From positions 15,128,001 to 15,192,000 of the forward strand of contig OX442314.1 of the NCBI GenBank assembly GCA_949358305.1: DNA of 64,000 bases, in the 5' to 3' direction. Shown piece after piece: positions 56,107-64,000 of the stretch. Origin of the DNA: Strigamia acuminata (Eukaryota). How positions within the stretch are numbered: the stretch's first letter is position 1; each line of letters begins with the position of its first letter. The position numbers were made by a program, and so were the translations under genes. The notes beneath the pieces were generated by a model. It saw only the letters and a program-made list of their open reading frames with translations, searched no databases and had not been told where the DNA came from.

Positions 56107-56283
56107 GTATTCTGATGCTGAACTCAAAGAACTATGCCTTTTCCCACGGACATCTTTAACCACATGCTTTCGGACTCGTGTTTCCAACCACTGAAGCTGA
56201 TTGCAGGAATCGTCAATGATGTGATTCAAATCGTCTACATCAGAATCAGAATCTTCTTCCATATTATCGCTCGAATTCAATGC
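56107..56283 (-). CDS. klar: Klarsicht-like exon ALNSSDNMEEDSDSDVDDLNHII...SEY
   Basis: ttttag| acceptor and TAC|gtaagg donor, 177 nt, phase 0-0. Confidence 0.87.
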
Positions 56284-56469
56284 CTAAAACGAAAATAATA
56301 AATTGTATAAACACAAATAGCAATGGAGAAACAATAGAGTTCATGAGTTCATAAACTGATAAATCCAAATAGTTGCATCAAAAATTCAATTGTTTCCATG
56401 TAAAGATGAATAGAATAAGGAAACTTATTGAATTAAACATTTTAAATTAAAGAAACATTCCCAATTTAC

Positions 56470-56652
56470 CTGTTTCCTCGAAAACCGTCCTGAAATTCTT
56501 AAATTTCGTAATCCTTTATAACTTCCAACTGAAATGCTGTCAGACTGGCTTTCAATAAACGCACTGTAGTCATCGCCAAAATTCACAAGTCGCTTTATCA
56601 AGTCTTCGTCAATCTGATTTTCAGAATATGTTTCACTCAGATACGGGGCTTC
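56470..56652 (-). CDS. klar: Klarsicht-like exon EAPYLSETYSE...KRLVNFGDDYSAFIESQSD...RKQ
   Basis: ttctag| acceptor and CAG|gtaaat donor, 183 nt, phase 0-0. Carries the FGDDY...SQSD motif. Translated by hand; absent from the ORF track. Confidence 0.9.
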
Positions 56653-56715
56653 CTAGAATCAAACAATTAAACATGATTATTTGAATACAATTTTCGAAAT
56701 GCTTTGTTTTTTTAC

Positions 56716-57154
56716 TTGGTAATCATCCCACGCTTGTTCCGATAATGAACTTAATTCTTCAGTCTGTTCTCGTCCCAACTTGTGAATTTTTTCAACCATC
56801 GTAGGTTCACTCTCCGAATCTGAAACATCCGCTTGTTTGACACCTTTGTTTGCCTCGCTGGAATATTGTTCAGTGCCCGAAGATTGTCCCGCACTTTTTC
56901 CACCTCCACTGCTGGACGAATGTGATTTTGAGCCACGCGAATGACGTCGCACGTGGTGAATGAGCGTTTTTTGATTGCAACCGTCCGAACCATTGGCACT
57001 GCCCTGAGTTAGGGAATGATTGTCAGATCCAGAATCACTTCTTCGTATGTGACGTCGTCGAACTTTTGCAGATTTCGTTTTACGTGCAGATATTAAATTG
57101 ATGCTTTCGGATGACGGACTGCACACATCTTTCTCGGTTAAAATGGATGGAGAA
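56716..57154 (-). CDS. klar: Klarsicht-like exon ending SSLSEQAWDDYQ
   Basis: tgtatag| acceptor and CAA|gtaaaa donor, 439 nt, phase 2-0. SEQAWDxYQ is a recognisable klarsicht motif. Confidence 0.9.
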
Positions 57155-57239
57155 CTATACAAAAAAAAAATAAAAACATAAAATAATAAGAAAAAAAATT
57201 ACAATTAAATAAATTAAAAGAAAAATTATAAAAACGTAC

Positions 57240-58663
57240 CTGTTATCAAAGCAATTGCTTTCCAAAGCGGTGGGAGTTAAAAGAACATTAAGGGCACTTT
57301 CCGAAATGGAAAAAGGAGATAAATCCAGTCGATTGGTTAACTGGTACAATTCCGTCACACTCCACGGTCGAATCCCATTGCTTCTCTTTTTGTTTCTCAT
57401 AATAACCTTTCCATTACCTTCATTTAATTCCATCGTACCATCCAACGACCCGTTTCGTTTATGACATAATATTACACTATTATTGAGATCTTCGGACGTC
57501 TCCGAATGTTCGTCTTCCGAATCATTACTTGTGCATTCTCCGCTCGCATCGCACGAAGAATCCAACACGGTGGTGGGTGGCAGCGCAGGAGCGATGGGGG
57601 AAATCGGGTTTTGTTTTCTCAGCCATTCTTTCAAACGATTCGCTTTAATTTGTGCCTCTCCCAATTTCAATGGTTCCAAATTGTGTCTTGGTCCGAGCAT
57701 TTCCGTGAGCGACTCCTTCCTTACTAATCTATCGGCTGCTTCTACGAGTGCGTGTATTGAGTTTTGGCATTGTTTATGATCCTCTGGAAACTTGTCGGTG
57801 ATAATTTGCTGTTTCTCGCGAAAGTAGTCGTCTTCCGACCAATCGATTCTGCTCACCGTTGAATCCAATTCAAAACTACTATCTACGGATCCGACATCCG
57901 ACCAACGGGTTAGACATCTCTCTTGCCCGACTGAGTGAGGAAAGTCGCGCGAGTTGCGTTTCAGAGGTGTGCTGTGTGTCAGGTACGAATTTAACTCTTC
58001 TGGATCTTCAAATTTACACTCTGGGTCAGTGTCGACATGGCGGAAATAATATGTGGCACAGTTTGGTCCTGGTCTGGTTACGATCCCGTTGCCATCATCA
58101 GTTCCATCCATTTGTTCTTGAATGGAGTCGGTTTCTTCTTTCGCTTCCGATTTCATCTCTACGTCGTCGATTGAATTTCGTTTTTCGTACGAATAAATCT
58201 GTATCGATTCTCCGTTGCGATCTTCGTTCGAAGATAACTGAGTGGAGCTTTCACTCGAGTAACCTATATCTTGAATAATTTCGAACGGTTCAAAAGAACC
58301 TTCGCGGCCGGCTTTCAGTTCAATTATGCCAGTTGTTCCCACCATAACACCTTTATCGTTTGTTGTTGTCATTTCAATTCCATCGTTTCCAGTTCCAATA
58401 TCCCTGGTCTTGACATCGAGAGACATATTTAAAGGACCTTCAATGGCACTGTAAAATTCTTCTTCCATCTCGTCCGATATTAACCCATCGCAATCGGTAT
58501 CGTCGTCTAATGAAGTGCAGTTTGGTGAAAAACAAGCTCCATTTGTGTCCTGCTTTTGCGATGTTAACAGGGGGTTACCAGACCATTCTCCGCTCAATCG
58601 AGGATATTTCTTCAAGGGTTCGTCATCAATGCTCGATTCCAATAACTTTCCAGGAAATACTCC
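57240..58663 (-). CDS. klar: Klarsicht-like, large 1424-nt acidic/Ser-rich exon
   Basis: ttttaag| acceptor and AG|gtacgt donor, phase 0-2. Long open frame (ORF 57155..58642) with SCDASGECTS, RPWSVTEL and FSISESAL segments typical of klarsicht-like proteins. Confidence 0.88.
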
Positions 58664-61600
58664 CTTAAAAAATAAAAATATAAATCAATCAAATCGTTAT
58701 CGCGCAACAAGATCACTACCTTCATTAATCACATAAATTTACTGCTTTTTTTCAAGCACAGGAAAAAAATAAAAGGATAAAAAACGTATTAGACAAACAT
58801 CATTAACTTATGCGCTCTGTCACCCTCAAAGACATGACATGGGTGCACACACTAAGAATAAACTTCCTTGTAAGCCATTCACGTAAAAGCATAGAAAAAT
58901 TGGTACATTATAATTACCTATACAAAACCACTTGAACTGAGCTCCAACTCTTTGTATTCGTTCAGGCCATTAGAATTTCAAACAAACCCCGACTAAATAA
59001 TTTTTGCTGACATCATTGAAGGCCGATTTTTTGTTTAAAGAAATATATTCACAAAAAAATATATGATAAATAAAAACCTTGAAGCTACTGATGTTTATGC
59101 ATTCGATTCTTGTTGTAACATTGATTATTTAACCGTATTGAAAAAAAATAGCATATGACTCGATGGTAATCTTATTTCTGATATAAAATGTAGTAACATA
59201 AAACTATCGGCTATGACTCTGCTTCCTCTATAAAACTATTACACTTTGCTGCTGAGATTAAATTACGATTCATTTTTAGAAAAACAATTCACATAAAATC
59301 ACATTTCGAACACGAGGTTCATATTTATTTTTAATGTTTTATTTATAATTTTATTTTTCCAACTTTTTAGAATTATTCATTTTTCTTTCTTCATTGAAAC
59401 TTTATTTAAAAAAAACATATTTTTAACATTTAAAATTTAAATTTTCCAAACCTTATTAACAGGAAATTGCACAAAAAAATTTGTAAAATTACAATTCAAA
59501 TTACCTTTCCCGACTTTCCATTTCACCAGACTCATAACTCCAAATTAAACTTCAAAAGATTATTTCGCAACAATTCAGTATATTAAAAATAGATAATTAC
59601 CAAAACAAGATCCAAGCACTTCTTAATGTTTATTACAAGAGAAATGACCTGAACTTTCACGTACAAACACATAGTAATATTTTTTTATTATTATATCTCA
59701 GAAAGCATCTCGAAGGAACGAGTTAATAGTAAATTGTAATAATGATATATTAGAGAAAAGTAAATGAATTTCATTCCCTCCCGTGGGCACAATTTACTTC
59801 GTCCCATATCTAAGCATCTTAAAAACCTCAACTAAAAACTAACGTTCCCAAACATTTAATTTTTCAAACGACAACTTAAATTACATTTCAAGTGCACATT
59901 CGCCATGAAAACTGACCTAAAATAACGCAATTCCCACTGCCCAACTTTAAAATATAGTAGTAGCCAGCCATTTAATACTTTTCAAAAAAGAAGAATACAA
60001 GTTTAAAAGTTAACTTCTTCAAAAAGCAGAGGAACTCATGCGTTCAGTTCAGTTGAAGGCAAGATAAATTTTGTCGACATGACCACAAACACTATAATTG
60101 TGTAAAAAAAAATCTACATTTTTTCTAACTTCATGCATAACAAAATAAAATAAACATTTTGCCAGCGTGTTAAATGATTTTTTTTATCTTCTTTTATATT
60201 GCAAGAATGCGAACGAAGAATAATTCATTACTATAATAATTGGATTCATATGCTAAGCTATAAAACTCAACATTAAAGACGAGTTTAATTTTGCATATTA
60301 ACTATTTTATTTTATATAGTTAAATAAAAAATGAGTTACTAAGAGAGATCAATGTACTCTCAACAAGATCCAGGCAGATGGTGCCTACACGATCAATCCC
60401 CACTCCTAATTAAATTGACAAAAGCGCTCACTTGCGACTTATGTATAATTATATCAGTATTCCAAGATTTACAACATCACTTCAAACATATAATACCACC
60501 CATTCAAGTTCACTAAACCGTTGCAGCAGCTGCAACTCACTCCACGTATTTGAGCCACATGTCAAGGCATGCGCCTCTAACAACTGGTGTCTTAGAAAAA
60601 TAACAAAAATTCTACACAAAAACAAAAACAACAAAATTAAAAATCCCTCAAATTTCACATCTGATATAAATTTTACTGATATAATTAAACAAAACCAAAA
60701 CAGTCTCTAATTATGGTAATAAATAAAAATACATAAAAAAAATAAACTTTTTACCTACATGAAGTGATGTAAAGTATTCCAGTCAGTCGATAAAAGTTTT
60801 AAAACAATTTCCAGACATTAAAACTCACAGTCTGGTCTTAAAGAATGACGCATGGTCAAGAAAAGGTGCCAAGCTCGCACTCAACCAGACGCTAACCAAA
60901 CACTCCACAACTGGCCTCTCCCCCAGTGAGGCTCATAAAGAGTATTGAGCGCAGTGGCTTCAGCTCCACATGTGAGGACCGACCCCTTAGGCCAGAAAAT
61001 AAACGCTTAGAGAATGGTCGCATAAAATAGAACCTGATCACGAATCCTCCGAACAACATGACGTCACAGCTTGCAGCGATAAACAAATAATCGTGAAGTA
61101 ATCTTTGTTTAAATAACAACTCCAAAGTTCATTAGTTTTATCTCAAATCATTTTCCACCAAACTGCTAAATGCCTTTAATTTTTCCACACACCGATGCGA
61201 ATAAACCCACAAAAACAAACAAAAAAACATTCAATTTATTCGTTGTAAAACAAATTTCAATTTAAAAAACCAACTAACACCCAGCAATAAATTGCTCAAT
61301 TAAAATAGAGGGAGAAGGGAATCCTTAGGTTTAATTTTAACTTACGACACCTGAGTTAAGCGTGGAATACTAATGACCATTCCATGCCCACCTATACATT
61401 TTCTTCAAATGGGTCTTTATTTTCTCAACTTACTTTCGTCTAAACCAACCCAAATATCAAATGTCTCTCGAGTTCTTAAAAAGAACATAAAAGGAAGCTC
61501 CTATTTCAAGGTGAGGCACCCTAGATGATATTACACACAAATTTACCTTGACCACCTGGGCCCATTCATGGCCCAACCTAAAATTAAAAATTCAATTATG

Positions 61601-62172
61601 TGGAAAACTCTTTTGACATCAGTGATCCATCTTCCTTCTCCCCCTGGTCCCTTGCACCCATTTTTCATGCAAATCTGACTCAACTTCTGCTTTGTTCTAA
61701 CGTCATTTCATACGAACAAAGAAATTGAATGTTGTTGTCTAATTTATTCCCAATAATCTGACCCTTCTTCCCATATGTTGCAAGTTGCCATCACCCCCTT
61801 TTAAAGGCTAACAAAATCCAAGGCAACTAACCATCTCTTGTAAATACAAAAAAGGCAATTTGCGAGAGTCGAGGTCGCTCTTTTGAGTATTTGGTTAAAT
61901 GTTTAATGTTTTTCTTGTCATAAATTTTTCCCGTGTGGTGCAGTTTCTAGTATTCCTCCCCTTGACCTGACTTATTAACACAGCAAGATTTCTTTGCCCT
62001 ATACCAAAGGCCAAGGGTTCTTATTCAGGGTACTAAAATTGACTGCAGTTATTTTTTTTTACATTACTACTGTTAAGAATTTCAATTACTGTAAAAAATG
62101 CAATTTTAGTTTTTAATGATAATGACTGACTGGAATTTGAGACTATTTGTCATTTGGATGAACTCAACTTAC

Positions 62173-62391
62173 TTCACGAAATTTCGCAATAAGCTCTTCA
62201 ATCACGAAATGACATTCAAGAGATTTTAACCAAGTTGCGTGCCATCTTCGTTGTAGGTTGTGAGCAACAGTTTGCACATGAGCTGCATCTCGGACGAGGT
62301 TTGGGGCTTGATCGTCTTGTTGCAATTGGTCGCACAATTTCAAAACTGACAAAACATTTTTTTGATGCGATTCGATGTCCTTTTGCAAAGC
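62173..62391 (-). CDS. klar: Klarsicht-like KASH protein, first coding exon visible in window (spectrin-repeat-like helical segment)
   Basis: ttgcag| acceptor and |gtaagt donor, 219 nt, phase 0-0. Encodes ALQKDIESHQKNVLSVLKLCDQL...LQRRWHATWLKSLECHFVIEE, resembling the klarsicht RRWHxxWLxSLE motif. In frame with the next exon. Confidence 0.85.
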
Positions 62392-64000
62392 CTGCAATTT
62401 AAAAAATAAAAAAAAATTAAAAATTTAGACAAAAAATAATTTTTTTTTGCACGGATACAAAATTCAGGAAATTATTTAGCAATTCAATTTAAAGTCCTAA
62501 TATTTTTTTTTCTAAAATTTTCGTGTACGAAAAAAAAAAAAACCTCATCAGTGAACTTGACTTCCCTTCATATGAAACTGGGTACAAAGGATTGTTATTA
62601 TGGCGCGCGTAATAAGCTGAAATGTATTTCAAATTGCACATAAAAAAATCGACGTGACCCTTCCTGCTTGAATAGATTCAAAATATTTGCATTTTTTACG
62701 CTTAAAACATTTTTTTTCCTCCAAAAAAAGCCCTCAACTGGATTTAATAGATTTAAACTACGAAAGTTTAACCATACATGTAATGCAGTGTAAGTGTACA
62801 ATTTTCTTGCATTCAATTCTGGTTTAAAGTTACACCCAAATGATCACAATTGAATAGTCTCAATCTGTCCACTGATAATAAAAAAGAAGAACAAAAAAAA
62901 CACTGAAGAGCTACTAGACACGTATATTATCATCAAGCGAACCAGGAACAGGTGGAGTTGCTTCGAGGGCACTCATTGAATAACGCCTCGAAAAAAAACA
63001 AAGCAAAGATAAATTTATCTACCAATAAAGCAATGCTACCATGTCCAACAAAATTGCAAACTTTTTTCGAAGTAATTTATTTTCTAAAAAAATACAATCA
63101 AAACGTGCAGAAATGTATTTTACGCTATTTTCCACGGTCAAATTGCTCAGGTCACATTTTTATTCTCCTATAAGCTTATTTTCAAGGGGATCTAGTTTAC
63201 GATACACAAAATCGAGTGACAAGTTAATTGGTGAATTGCAAAACTTCCTCATGACACAATTTCTGTTTATTAACATACATAAACAATACACAAAGAAAAA
63301 ATATTCATTAAATCTTAAAATTTTCATTTTTTTCCCAAATCATGACCTAAACCCTAAAGTTACACACGACTTCAAGTAGAAGCAAACTCAAAAATCAGTT
63401 TCCATCCCTCTAGTCATTCGTTTCTTTTAAGATTGGTGTGTCAGGCAGAATCAAAGCAATTTTTATAGATTTTATGTCAGTTTCATTTGCGAGATCCGGA
63501 AGAAAAAGGTTTTATTTTCAGCCTGCATTAATCTATTTTCCTTAATTTTTATTGCACACGTCGGCGTATAAGAATTTCACACAGCTATAAACCGATTAAA
63601 ATTTGTAAAAAATAATAATAATATAATAATAGCTATATTGTTTACTGTAGTTGGAAGCAATTGCCTGCTGAGTCATCTGGAACCAATGTGGGTAGAACCA
63701 ATTAAGTTTTTTTTTTTTTAAATTTTAGGATAAACAAACATACTCTGCACAACTCATTGGTGAAAACAAAAATTTCCTTAACTTAAAAAACAAAACTATT
63801 CTTCTGAACTCTTTGGGTTGTTGCACTCAACAAGTACAACTGAAATAAACCAGCGTGCAGCGTTATGTGGTAAACAGTCAGCACGTAAAGAACGCGTAGT
63901 CGAAACGCTCCAATTACAATCAGGGTAAGAAGAAAAAGTGCTGGAATATAAATAAAGTTCCTTCAATTCTTAGCACTATATTAAGCCTTTTCGTCACTTG

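Noticed and set aside
57255..58278. Plus-strand ORFs opposite the large klar exon
   Set aside because: Antisense shadows of the coding exon.

Overview
Eukaryotic, AT-rich, intron-rich animal DNA, most likely arthropod (species not determinable from sequence). The + strand is A/C-rich and the - strand T/G-rich almost throughout, consistent with two head-to-tail minus-strand genes. (1) 44.1-62.4 kb: the last 11 coding exons of a klarsicht-like KASH-domain nuclear-envelope protein. All splice phases join in frame and the protein ends in a KASH peptide (...GPPPV*); its 5' end lies beyond 64000. (2) About 41.7 kb down to beyond base 1: the 5' region of a probable HIF-alpha (similar/sima) gene. It has two alternative phase-2 first coding exons (MQSGEGYGAMPMDLHIPQGYQYFR| and MSGNNAAKKR|) and a first intron of more than 33 kb. 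I did not find the bHLH exon in the window, so this identity rests on recalled N-terminal motifs. The most interesting material is the regulatory architecture of this 5' end: a spliced 78-aa upstream ORF ending 19 nt before the start codon, an overlapping uORF on the second first exon, two plus-strand introns suggesting a spliced antisense RNA across exon 1a, and a consensus recursive splice site in the long intron. Also present: a nested MITE and microsatellites. Most ORFs in the supplied track are spurious.
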